Assembly (NCBI GenBank): GCA_018713745.1
Contig: DVOH01000022.1
Location: forward strand, 10,615 to 74,614
Reading direction: 5' to 3'
DNA: 64,000 bases
Origin: Candidatus Stercoripulliclostridium merdipullorum
GTDB taxonomy: Bacteria; Bacillota; Clostridia; Christensenellales; DTU072
A program made the translations under genes and the position numbers. Positions 47,791 through 58,200 of this stretch are shown piece after piece. Position 1 is the first letter of the stretch. Each line of letters starts with the position of its first letter. The notes beneath the pieces were generated by a model, which was given only the letters and a program-made list of their open reading frames with translations, had not been told where the DNA came from and ran no database searches.

Positions 47791-49488
47791 CTAAATTTCT
47801 ATCTGATCCCACAGTTTTTCGGGGTGATCTTTCAATTTGACGATGCCGTATACCGCCGTCGCAACGGGCAGAACAAGCCCTGTGCCGAAAAAGAGCGCGT
47901 AAGCGGCGTGATGATTCCAGCCGAGCATTGCCGCGACGGGCGACAAAATCAGGAACACAATCCCCGCCCCGACCGAAATCAGCGTCGGCTTCAGCATTTT
48001 TTTGTTGTTTTGCGTCAATTCGTTGGGGTTTGTCCATTTGAGATTGGGGTTTTTGAGATCGTAATAGAGCCCCAAGGTACTGTTGCCGACCCCGCCGCAA
48101 AGAATCGCAAGCACAAACCCGACGATTGCAACGGGCGAAGTTACGCCGGTCGCAAACGGAAACACTACGGTATTGACAACGACGGAAACTGCGGTAATCC
48201 CTGCCGAAAACAGCAATTTGGAGCGTATCACGACAGAGGGAGCGATCGGCAAACTTTTAAGAAGAGCGAAATTTTTGCCTTCTCTCGAAATCCCGACCGC
48301 CGAAGTCAGCGACCCCATTGCCGACATCAGATAGGCAAGGTAGGTCACCATACCGACCGCTCCGTTGAAGCCGCCTTCGGAAGTTCCGCCGAACCCGACG
48401 GGAAGCACTTTGCCGAATACAAACATAAAGACGGGCGCCATGACGATCCCCATCAGCGAACTGATGAGAAGATTTGGAGTTGTCAGTACGCTTTTGATTT
48501 CTTTTTCGATCAAAAGACGGGTGAGTGGCGCCGAACGGTATTGCGCCGCCGTCGACTTCTTCGGCGCCGCGCCCCCGCCCTCGGCATTTTGTCGGATTGC
48601 TTTGCGATAGAACACCGAGCATAGCGCGACGGCAATCGCCAATAAAGCGATCAGTCCCGCAAAATAAGCAAGAATCAAGACGGGACGTCCCCCTGCCATC
48701 GCTTCTACCAGCGGGAAATTGAATACCGTCGCTGCGGCAAAACCGCGAATCAACGATACCGCCTGCGGATTCAGCACGGTATTGCCGTCGGGATCGGTGA
48801 CCGTCAGCGCATTCATTCCGAAAATAAAAGCAAAATATACGGCAAAAATCAAGCCGTACAGCACAAAAGCCGCGATGCTTTTTCCTGCGGCATGCTTTTT
48901 GAAAAACGATGCGGCATACATCAAGGGCAACGATACGATCGCCACAATCAAAAGAGGCAGAACGGGTAAAAACGCAATGCCGATCAATTCAAATACAAAG
49001 AAATACCATTGAATTCCCGCGCCGGTCAGCATCCCGACCGCACCCGAAGGGGTGACGAGAAAAACGGTCAGAAACGCCGCGAGCACCAGCTGATTGACGT
49101 AAGCGACCGTCAGTTTGGCGGCAAATAACGTACGCGCCGAAATCGGCAGCGTGGTCAGAAGCGGCATATCCTTGGAAAAATAAAGATTGGACACAACCGT
49201 AATCGCACCGAGAAACAACACCGCAAGTTGTACGGCGGCAATGACGGTATAAATCCATTCTTTAAGAAGACCCGCGTCGGCGGTAGCATACGCCATCGCA
49301 ACCGAAATCGCGGTCATATAAGCCCCCAGCGCAATCCCGCCGACAATACCGCCGATCAATGCGGCGGTTCTTTGAGACTGTTTGCGTTGAGCGGACTTAA
49401 TTTTATTGAGGCTGTAAGCGTTGCGGAGCAGTACGGCAACCAATGAGCGATAATTGCGCCACTCCGCAGCGACATCGAATTGTCTCAT
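47791..49488 (-). CDS. ABC exporter permease (large multi-TM ABC-2-like 'putative exporter' type)
   Basis: 565 aa, about 12 or more hydrophobic segments; the start overlaps the stop of the upstream ATPase gene. Confidence 0.7.
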   Translation of the reverse strand: MRQFDVAAEWRNYRSLVAVLLRNAYSLNKIKSAQRKQSQRTAALIGGIVGGIALGAYMTAISVAMAYATADAGLLKEWIYTVIAAVQLAVLFLGAITVVSNLYFSKDMPLLTTLPISARTLFAAKLTVAYVNQLVLAAFLTVFLVTPSGAVGMLTGAGIQWYFFVFELIGIAFLPVLPLLIVAIVSLPLMYAASFFKKHAAGKSIAAFVLYGLIFAVYFAFIFGMNALTVTDPDGNTVLNPQAVSLIRGFAAATVFNFPLVEAMAGGRPVLILAYFAGLIALLAIAVALCSVFYRKAIRQNAEGGGAAPKKSTAAQYRSAPLTRLLIEKEIKSVLTTPNLLISSLMGIVMAPVFMFVFGKVLPVGFGGTSEGGFNGAVGMVTYLAYLMSAMGSLTSAVGISREGKNFALLKSLPIAPSVVIRSKLLFSAGITAVSVVVNTVVFPFATGVTSPVAIVGFVLAILCGGVGNSTLGLYYDLKNPNLKWTNPNELTQNNKKMLKPTLISVGAGIVFLILSPVAAMLGWNHHAAYALFFGTGLVLPVATAVYGIVKLKDHPEKLWDQIEI

Positions 49489-50222
49489 ATCGCCGCCTCT
49501 GCCGCATGCGTTAAAGAAAGGAAAAATTCTTCCAAAGACAAGTCGCTCCGCTTTTCTTTGAGTTCTTTCATATCGCAGACCGTAAGCAATTTCCCTTTAT
49601 CGATGATTGCCACGCGCGAACAGACTTTTTCGACCACCTCGAGGACGTGGGAGGAGAAAAACACGGTTTTTCCGGCGGCGGCATATTCTGCCATAATCGT
49701 TTTGAGTTCGTAGGACGACTGCGGATCCAGCCCCGTCATCGGCTCATCCAAAACGAAGACTTCCGGTTCGTGAATCAAAGCGGCGATCAAATTGAGTTTT
49801 TGCTTCATCCCGTGCGAATACGAGCCGACCGATTGCGTCAGCTTGTCTTTCAGTCCGAACCGCTCGGCAAACCGCTCGATCCGCTCTTTGCGGACCGCTG
49901 ACGGAACCTCAAACACGTTTGCGATAAATTCGAGATATTTCGCCCCCGTCAGCCCTTCGTAAACAATATGCTCGTCCGGGACGAATCCGATCTTCTTTTT
50001 TGCGGAAACGGGATCTTCGGCAAGGTCGACGCCGCCGATGCGGATCACGCCCTGCTCGTAGGGTAAAATCCCCGTAAGACACTTGATCGTCGTCGATTTC
50101 CCTGCGCCGTTGGGTCCTAAAAATCCGAAAATTTCACCCGGCATTACGGTGAACGAAATATCGTCCACCGCTTTGTTGCCGGTATTTTTGTAGGTTTTGG
50201 TCAGATGATTTATTTCAATCAT
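49485..50222 (-). CDS. ABC transporter ATP-binding protein
   Basis: Walker A GPNGAGKST, signature-like YSHGMKQKL, Walker B VLDEPMTGLD. Confidence 0.92.
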   Translation of the reverse strand: MIEINHLTKTYKNTGNKAVDDISFTVMPGEIFGFLGPNGAGKSTTIKCLTGILPYEQGVIRIGGVDLAEDPVSAKKKIGFVPDEHIVYEGLTGAKYLEFIANVFEVPSAVRKERIERFAERFGLKDKLTQSVGSYSHGMKQKLNLIAALIHEPEVFVLDEPMTGLDPQSSYELKTIMAEYAAAGKTVFFSSHVLEVVEKVCSRVAIIDKGKLLTVCDMKELKEKRSDLSLEEFFLSLTHAAEAAI

Positions 50223-50270
50223 TTCGCTCTCCCGTCCTGCCGAACGCCGGCAGGATTGCCGTCAATAAAA

Positions 50271-50813
50271 TTAATAGTTCTTAGCTTCCAGTTCGAAGTA
50301 TGCCTTGGGATGTGCGCAGACGGGGCAGACTTCGGGCGCTTCGGTCGAAACCATCAGGTGTCCGCAGTTGCGGCATTTCCAGACGTATGCTTCCCCTCTC
50401 TTGAATACCGCGCCGCTTTCGAGGTTGGCAAGCAATGCGCGATAACGTTCTTCGTGCGCCTTTTCGATCGCCGCGACACCGCGGAATCTTGCCGCCAATT
50501 CGGTAAATCCTTCGGCTTCCGCTTCGTCGGCAAAGGTCTTGTACATGTCGACCCATTCGTAGTTTTCGCCTGCAGCCGCGGCAAGGAGATTTTCAGCCGT
50601 CGAGCCGATTCCGCCGAGTTCCTTGAACCAAAGTTTGGCGTGTTCTTTTTCGTTCAGAGCGGTCTCTTGGAACAGAGCGGCGATTTGCTCGTATCCTTCT
50701 TTTTTCGCTTTGGACGCAAAGTAGTCGTACTTGTTGCGTGCCTGACTTTCACCGGCAAATGCCGCCATCAGGTTTTGTTCGGTTTTGGTGCCTTTCAATG
50801 ATTTTTGTGCCAT
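50271..50813 (-). CDS. rbr: rubrerythrin
   Basis: Di-iron four-helix motifs ([16 protein letters not shown]) plus a C-terminal rubredoxin-like CRNCGH...CPVCAHP. Confidence 0.94.
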   Translation of the reverse strand: MAQKSLKGTKTEQNLMAAFAGESQARNKYDYFASKAKKEGYEQIAALFQETALNEKEHAKLWFKELGGIGSTAENLLAAAAGENYEWVDMYKTFADEAEAEGFTELAARFRGVAAIEKAHEERYRALLANLESGAVFKRGEAYVWKCRNCGHLMVSTEAPEVCPVCAHPKAYFELEAKNY

Positions 50814-50856
50814 AATATTTTCTCCTTTTTTTGTATTTTTTTCCGCAGGAAATCAA

Positions 50857-52146
50857 TTACTGCGGTTTTTTCTTTTCGATCTTCGGAAGGTATCTTCCCC
50901 GTTCCGCCCCGTTTTCTCCGGGGAAATAATATCGGTCGTCTTTGATCGCGTCGGGCAGATATTGCTGCTCCACCCAACCGCCGTAGTCGTGCGGATATTT
51001 GTACCCCTCGATCCGCTCCGATTTGTAATTGACGTCTTTCAGATAAGTCGGAATCGACTCGTCCTCGGCTTTGCGTGACGCCGCGTCGGCGGCATACAAC
51101 GCGTTGACGACGGAATTGGACTTGGGCGCAAGGCAGACGTATATGATCGCTTCGGTCATCGGGATCCGCCCTTCGGGCAATCCGAGGCGTTCGAACGCCA
51201 GCATCGCGTTGACGGCAACGTTCAGCGCGTTGGGATCGGCAAGCCCCACGTCCTCGGCGGAATGCACGATCAGCCTGCGCAAAATCAGCATGGGATCGCA
51301 GCCGGCATTGATCAGTCGCATTGCGTAATACAGTGCTGCGTCGGGATCGGATCCCCTGAGACTTTTACAAAAAGCGCTTATGATATCGTAATATAAGCTT
51401 TCGTCCACCGACATCGCTTTGCGCTGTACGCTTTGCTCGGCAACCGACAGATCGACCGTAATCGATCCGTCCGCCGCGGGCGGGGTCGTAAGCACGGCAA
51501 GTTCCAGCGCGTTCAGCGCGGTACGCAGATCGCCTCCCGACACAAACACAAAGTGCCCGATCGCTTCTTCCGATAAATTCACATTGTAATTCCCGAGTCC
51601 TTTTTCGGGATCCTTCAGCGCCCGCATCAATCCTTCCCGGATATTGGCGGCAGACAGCGGTCTGAATTCAAAAATCCGACAGCGGCTGAGGATTGCTTTG
51701 GTCATCGAAACGTAGGGATTTTCGGTCGTACTGCCGATGAAAACAATTTCGCCCTTTTCGATTGCGCCCAGGACGCAATCCGATTGCGCTTTGTTCCAAC
51801 GGTGACATTCATCCAGCAACAAATACGTTTTGGTCCCATATAAAGCCAAGCGGTTTTTGGCTTCTTCGATCACTTTTTTGGCGTCCGCCACCCCCGAGGA
51901 TACGGCGTTGAGATAGGCATACGCCGCACCCGTCGTGTTGGCAATGATGTTTGCAAGCGTTGTTTTTCCCGTTCCGGGCGGACCATAAAAAATACAGCTG
52001 CCCAAACGATCGGCGCGAATGGCACGCGACAGCAACGAGTCGGGATGAATCAGGTGTTCCTGACCGATAAAATCTTCCAGTCGGGTGCAACGCATCCGCT
52101 CGGCAAGCGGCGCATGTTGCTCCCTTACGCTGTCAAACAAATCCAT
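50857..52146 (-). CDS. rarA: replication-associated recombination protein A (RarA/MgsA AAA+ ATPase)
   Basis: PLAERMR, GPPGTGKTT, LLDECHRWNKAQ, MgsA C-terminal domain. An in-frame TAA lies 12 nt upstream of the ATG. Confidence 0.94.
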   Translation of the reverse strand: MDLFDSVREQHAPLAERMRCTRLEDFIGQEHLIHPDSLLSRAIRADRLGSCIFYGPPGTGKTTLANIIANTTGAAYAYLNAVSSGVADAKKVIEEAKNRLALYGTKTYLLLDECHRWNKAQSDCVLGAIEKGEIVFIGSTTENPYVSMTKAILSRCRIFEFRPLSAANIREGLMRALKDPEKGLGNYNVNLSEEAIGHFVFVSGGDLRTALNALELAVLTTPPAADGSITVDLSVAEQSVQRKAMSVDESLYYDIISAFCKSLRGSDPDAALYYAMRLINAGCDPMLILRRLIVHSAEDVGLADPNALNVAVNAMLAFERLGLPEGRIPMTEAIIYVCLAPKSNSVVNALYAADAASRKAEDESIPTYLKDVNYKSERIEGYKYPHDYGGWVEQQYLPDAIKDDRYYFPGENGAERGRYLPKIEKKKPQ

Positions 52147-52152
52147 ATCGGC

Positions 52153-52181
52153 ATTTTAACATGCAGTCCGACCGCCGTCAA
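52153..52181 (-). promoter_or_regulatory. sigma-A-type promoter directly abutting rarA
   Basis: TTGACG (52176-52181), 17 nt, TGtTAAAAT (-10 at 52153-52158), 6 nt, ATG; no SD. Confidence 0.6.
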
Positions 52182-52220
52182 TCTTTTTTCTTTCTGTTCC
52201 CTTATCAAACGGTGATCTTG

Positions 52221-55200
52221 TCACATTGCCGCATATTCGAAAACGACTTCGTGACTGCCCGGGGCAAGCGGAATGTCGCGCCCTTTGCGCCAAAGTACTC
52301 CGTCATAGCATACTCTTTCGCAAGCAGCGGGACAGAATCGGATCAGCAATTCGCCGCCCGCATAGCGATAGCGAAGGCGCGCGTTGCCGAACCCGGAAGG
52401 AAAAGAGGGATGAATCCGCAGTTTTTCTCCCGATTTCCGTATTCCGAACAACTCTTCGAGAATATACACATACGCCCAGGAGGCGCTGCCGGTATACCAG
52501 CTCCACCCCATTCTGCCCGGATACCTTCCGCCGTAGACGTCACCCGACAAAACATACGGCTCTCCGCCGTATCGGTGATTACGGTCTTCGTCGCGGCATT
52601 TTTCGACGGGATTGAGGGTCTGAAACCAACGAAACGCCAAATCCTTTGCTCCGATCCGGGACAGCGCAATAATTAACCAGATCGCGGCGTGGGTATATTG
52701 CCCCCCGTTCTCCCGTACTCCTTGGGGATACAGCGAAATATAACCGATATAATCCTTTTCCGTCAAAGGCGGATCCAACAGCCGTACGATCCCTGCGTCG
52801 GGATTGCATAAGCGTTGAACGGCGGCATCCACAGCCCTTGCCGTGCGTTCGGCGCTCAAACCCGCAAATACCGCCATACTCTGCGCGACCGAATCGATCC
52901 TGAGCGCATCGCACGCGTCCGCGCCGTAAGGCTTCCCTTCATCATCGTACATTCGCAAATAATGATTGCCGTCAAACGCATAGGTTTCAAGCGAAAATTT
53001 TAATTTCTGCGCGATTACATCCAATTTTTGACGGACGTCATCGGAGCAAAGTTTCCCGAATTCGCGCATTACAAGCACTGCAAACATCGTTGTCATAACG
53101 CTTTCGCCCTCGCCTTTCGCGCCGCATGCGTCCATTCCGTCGTTCCAGTCCCCCGATCCTATCAACAACAAGCCGTGCCGTCCCGTTTTGAGGGCATTTT
53201 TGATCGCGCGCAAACAATGCTCCGCAAGCGTGGCGCGCTCCGTTCCGACTGCGGCGCACTCGTAACGGTCATGCTCGTGTTGCGTAAGAGGCGGTGAAAC
53301 GACAAACGGCACCGATTCTTCCAGAATCGAACGGTCCCCCGTCGTCGATACATACCGCGCCGTAACATAAGGCAAAAACAATTTGTCGTCACTGATACGC
53401 GTGCGCAACCCGAAATACGGGTGATGCCACCAGTGCATAACGTCGCCTTCGGGATACTGCCGTGCCGCGGCGTACAAAATTTGTTCGCGCGCGCGAGAGG
53501 GATCGACCTGTAACAGACACAATACGTCCTGTAGCTGATCCCGAAATCCCGTCGCTCCCCCGACCTGATAAAAACCGCACTTTCCGTTCAGGCGCGACGA
53601 AACCGTCTGGTAGAGTAACCAATCGTTAAACAGGCGGTCAAGCGCGGGAAATTCCGTTTCGATCGTAATCGCGTCAAGGTTCACCCAATCGTCGGATCTC
53701 CGTACCGCAGGGCTTGTATTTTGTTGGGGGCGATAGGCATGACAGCCTTCCGATACGGCAAATGCGATTTTAATATGCGTTTTGCAAGGCAATATAAGTT
53801 CGGCATCCATCCCGCCCCCGTCCGCACGGAGAGAAATATCCGCGCCTTCCGCCGAAACGCTCCAGATCGCGCCGAAATTCTTTTGAAGATCGCAAAATCT
53901 TACTTCGGTCGGCTGTTCGGCTACGGCATACAAAAAGCCGCTTCCGCGTTCGAATGCCATGGAATAGCGCAGGATCAACGGAATCCGATCGGGATTGAAG
54001 CAATCGATTTCGGTCAGTTTTACCCCGCCTTCCTCCTCGATCCGATAAACCGTTTCGAAGCAAATCCCGTCGATTTCTTTCCGAAAACGCGTTTCTCCCC
54101 TTGCATGCGCGGTAACGGCACCGCCGTTAAGACGGTATCTGCACCCCGCGATTTCGACGTCGATCGTCTCGCAAGGCGGATCGAGGACGGGATCTCCGAA
54201 AAACCGTGTCAGGCGACGCTCCCGCGAATTGCCGAAATAAATAAATCCGCCTCCGTTTTCCGTAGCGACAAATCCCCCTTTCCTGCCGCAAACGACGTTG
54301 GAATACGGCAATTCCGGGCGTTCGGAAAGATAATAATCGCGTCCGATAAATCCCCCCGCGCCGCTTTTGAAATCGAATTGCAACGGACGCGAACCGCTTT
54401 CCTCGGCGTATCGGACAACCGAAAAGCGGTTTGCCGAAGCCGATCGCAAAAACATCGAACCGTCCTGCTCCGTTACGACAAAAGCAAAATCGCAAAGATC
54501 GTCTTTGCCCTGCTCGGGCAGATAAATGCGCCCGTCCACCGCATACGCCCGCAACAAGCGCTCGGCTTCTTTTCTTAAGGCGTTGGAGGAACAACGCACC
54601 GCTACCGAAGGATGACAGCCGAACAATCGCAACTGACAAACCGCCTGCAAAAACTTTTTGAATCCCGCGGTATCCCCTTCTTCCAGACGGAAAACCATCA
54701 GTTTCCGATAGCCGTTGGCGGCAAAAAACGCTGCGCGCCGACCGCTCCGTTCGATCTCATACAAAAATTCTTCCTGATACCTTCCTTCGGTCATCGGTCC
54801 CAGCAAGCGACAGGTTTCATGCGATATCTTAAGGCTGTTGTCCGCCGAAACGGCAAAATCGAAAGCGTCCTGCGGTATTTTGGCAAGTTTATCGATCAGC
54901 TCTTCCCGCGAACGCGCCCATACCGTAACGATTTCGACCGCACCGCCTTCCGTTTCGCCGCTGAGCGCGATGCAAGGATCGAGCACGTCACCGAACGAAG
55001 GATACATCGGATCTTCCCGCGTTTCGGTGCAAGGGGGCTTGCAAGTAGAGCCGCCTCTGCCGATTGCCCGAAAACGGTTTGTTTCGTATCGGACGCGCGA
55101 TAATTTGCGCGTAACAAACCCCCAGAAGGTCTGATTCTCCCCTTTTTTCAACTTTTTATGAGCAATTACTGCATTGTATTCGGGCAAAAATTCGGTGTGA

Positions 55201-58200
55201 ACAAACAAGCCGTTATAAGACGGATGCGCTCTGTAGCCCTCGAGAGAGGTCAACGAAAGGGGTGCATATACCGACCATCGTCCCGAACGCTCCCGTTCGT
55301 CGGACAAGCGGACGACCACCATCCCGAGACTTTGCTCCAAAACATATTCGGCAGACAAGCCGTTCTCTTTGTTTTCGTACCGCAACCCTTCGGGACGGTA
55401 TGCAAACGTAAACGCCTCGGGATTGCTTTGACAAGAAGCAAACGTCGGCACCCCCGAAGTTCCGTCGTCGGCATCGAAATAAAATCGGAATGCCCCGCGC
55501 ATATCGTCCGGATCGAATGCGTTGACCGTCGTGCCGTTTGCACCGATCCAACCATTGCCGCGCGCATTGCCGTACAGGCTCAAAGTACCGTCCGTCAGCC
55601 CTGCCGCAGACTCCGAGTATTCTATTTTGTCGATGATTTCATAATATTCACGATCATATTTCGATTCGATTTTGCGGTTCTCCCCTATTTTTTGATAACT
55701 GACGCGCTGCTCCTGCTCTTCCGTCAACAGCAGTCGCACCGCACGGATTTCGGGGAGCGCAAGGAGATATCGCTCGACGGCGCCCTCGGTAATCGCCTCC
55801 GTCAAAGCAAGCATCGTCATCCCTTGATGATGGGTCATGTAGCTTGCAACGACACGATCCCTGCCGCTGAGATCAACGGCTTCGTAAAATCCGTAATCGG
55901 CATAGAGCCCCCTCTTCTTCATTGCGTTCAGATTGCGTAAAGACGCCTTCGGACAGTAACCGATTGTCAAAAACGAACTGTACGGCGACACGACCGGCAC
56001 TTCCTTGTCGCGCCCTAACGCAAGTGCGTCAAGCCCGAAGGCGCGATACTGATAGCGCAGTTCGTCGTCAAACGCATAATAGCCGCTTTCCGAAATTCCG
56101 GACAGTCCGCGAAATTTTCGCGCGCATTGCATCTTTGCCGCATGGGCGGACGCACAGAACAACAGCGACCCCGCTGCCGGACGCAAAAAGAGATCCGGGA
56201 GCAAGTATTCAAATGCGGTCCCCGACCAGGACAGCAAGGTATTGCCTTTTGCGGGGGTAACATCCCGCGAAAGCGCGTTCCAATGCGCCGCGTCACCGCC
56301 GTATGCGATATACAACAACCCCGTAAGACGAGCTTCGGAGGCAAGCAGATCGTAATATCCCGTAAATTTTCCGCTTTTTGCGTCATACCCCAGCCGCATC
56401 AACTTCCGATCGGAGTCAAACAAAGCGCCGAGATCGGTAGCGCGAATCAACCGATCGGCGCGTTCCGAAAGCTCCGACAAGCCTTCCGCCAAAGCAAAGC
56501 CTTTGACAACGGCAAGCGCCGCGACAAAATTACCGGAGTCGACCGAACTGACAAACGGAATTTTGACCGAACGGTCGTTGACATCGTACCAATTATACAG
56601 ATTTCCGCGCCATTTCTCCAATGCGTCCACTTCGTCGAGGATCTTCTTCAGAACCGCGACACAAGCATCTTTAGTCGAAAATCCCAGCCGATACGCGCAG
56701 ATTTCCGCAATCATCTGAAATCCGATATTGGTCGGAGAGGTCGTGCGGGACATGCCCTTATACGGTTTGATCTGCAAATTGTCTGCGATCAGCCCGTTCT
56801 CGTTTCGCATATATGTGAAATAACGATAAACGGCTTCGGCGTACTCTTTCAATTCGGGGGAAGGATTACAAGGCGCATTCGGCGTCATACTCCCCGACGC
56901 GCTCCAAAGCGCGGCGACGATATAACACCCCGAAATCGCCACAAAATACCACAAATAAGGCACGCTGACGCCCCACAAAAGCATACCGATCCCGACCGAA
57001 ACGGCAAGAGACGGCGCGAATGCCGCGGCAAATTTGCCGCCTTCGCTCTGCGCCGCGGCATAAGTTTTCCACTCCAGCATATTGCCGCCCGTTGCCGCTT
57101 TATAGACAACGGATGCCGTCAAAATCAGCTGATCGAAGGCATAATACGGAAGCAATGCCGTTTCCGTAATTCCCGAAACAACCGATTGCAAGCCGTCTTT
57201 GACCATGTATCGCAGACGAAGTTTGGCAAGGATTCCGCGCCGCAGAATGCCGAGGAGATCACAAAGCGTTTCTCCGAGTGCCGCAACCGCAAAAACGATC
57301 GCGGCATACGGAATCGCAAACGACATTACCCCCAACGCAAACAGAACGGGCGGCATAACGACCCGCGCGGCATTCCGAAGCATCAGATATTTGTAAATCG
57401 GCGCAATTTGCGAGCGGTACCGCTCACCGTTTTGCTTCCTCCACGACCGTCCGACAAACGGCAGCAACTGCAAATCGCCCCGCGCCCATCTTTTTTTACG
57501 GTTGCGGTCGGACAAAAACGTCCGAGGAGCGTCTTCATAAATTACGCCGCCCGACGCGGTATTGAGAATGGCGCCTTCGATAATGTCGTGCGATAATACT
57601 TTGTTGTCGGGGAATACCCCTTTCAGCTTTGCGTAAAAAGCACGCAGGCGTACGATTCCTTTTCCGCAAAAGATTCCCCGTCCGAACACGTCATAAAACA
57701 AACTCGTGGCGTCGGGATAACGAAGGAGCGAGCTCTGCCGATACCAGAATCTTCCGTACGCCGTACCCATACTGTACCGATCGTAACGGCTTTCGGGCGC
57801 AATCAGATCGTATTTTGCGTTGGCGGGATGGGCAATCAGGTTGATCAGATGGCGGACGCCGTCGGGAGCGAACTGATTGTCCTCGTCGATCGGAATCAAA
57901 TAAGCGGGCATGATCGGAACTTCGGCGCTCCGATACGAAAAATCGCTCCAGTCCCCTTCGACCAACGCGCGCGCAAGCGCATTCAGGGCGCCGCGCTTAC
58001 GCTCGTATGCCGCATAACGTTTCCCCGTTTTGGTTCGTTTGCGGACAAAAACAAATATATTTTCGAGGTTTTCCGCCTTTTTTGCCTGTTCGAGTATTGC
58101 GGCGTCGCCCGAATGGACGGGAGAATCGGAAGCCTTAAGATCCACCAGAAGCGCCGTGGTAACGTTGGGCTCCCTGCAACCGGCACGGAGCGTTTTCAGA

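Noticed and set aside
56127-57596. A 489-aa plus-strand ORF antisense to the glucan-synthase-like gene.
   Set aside because: Shadow ORF inside a 2442-codon sense ORF that has conserved catalytic motifs. No translation signals.
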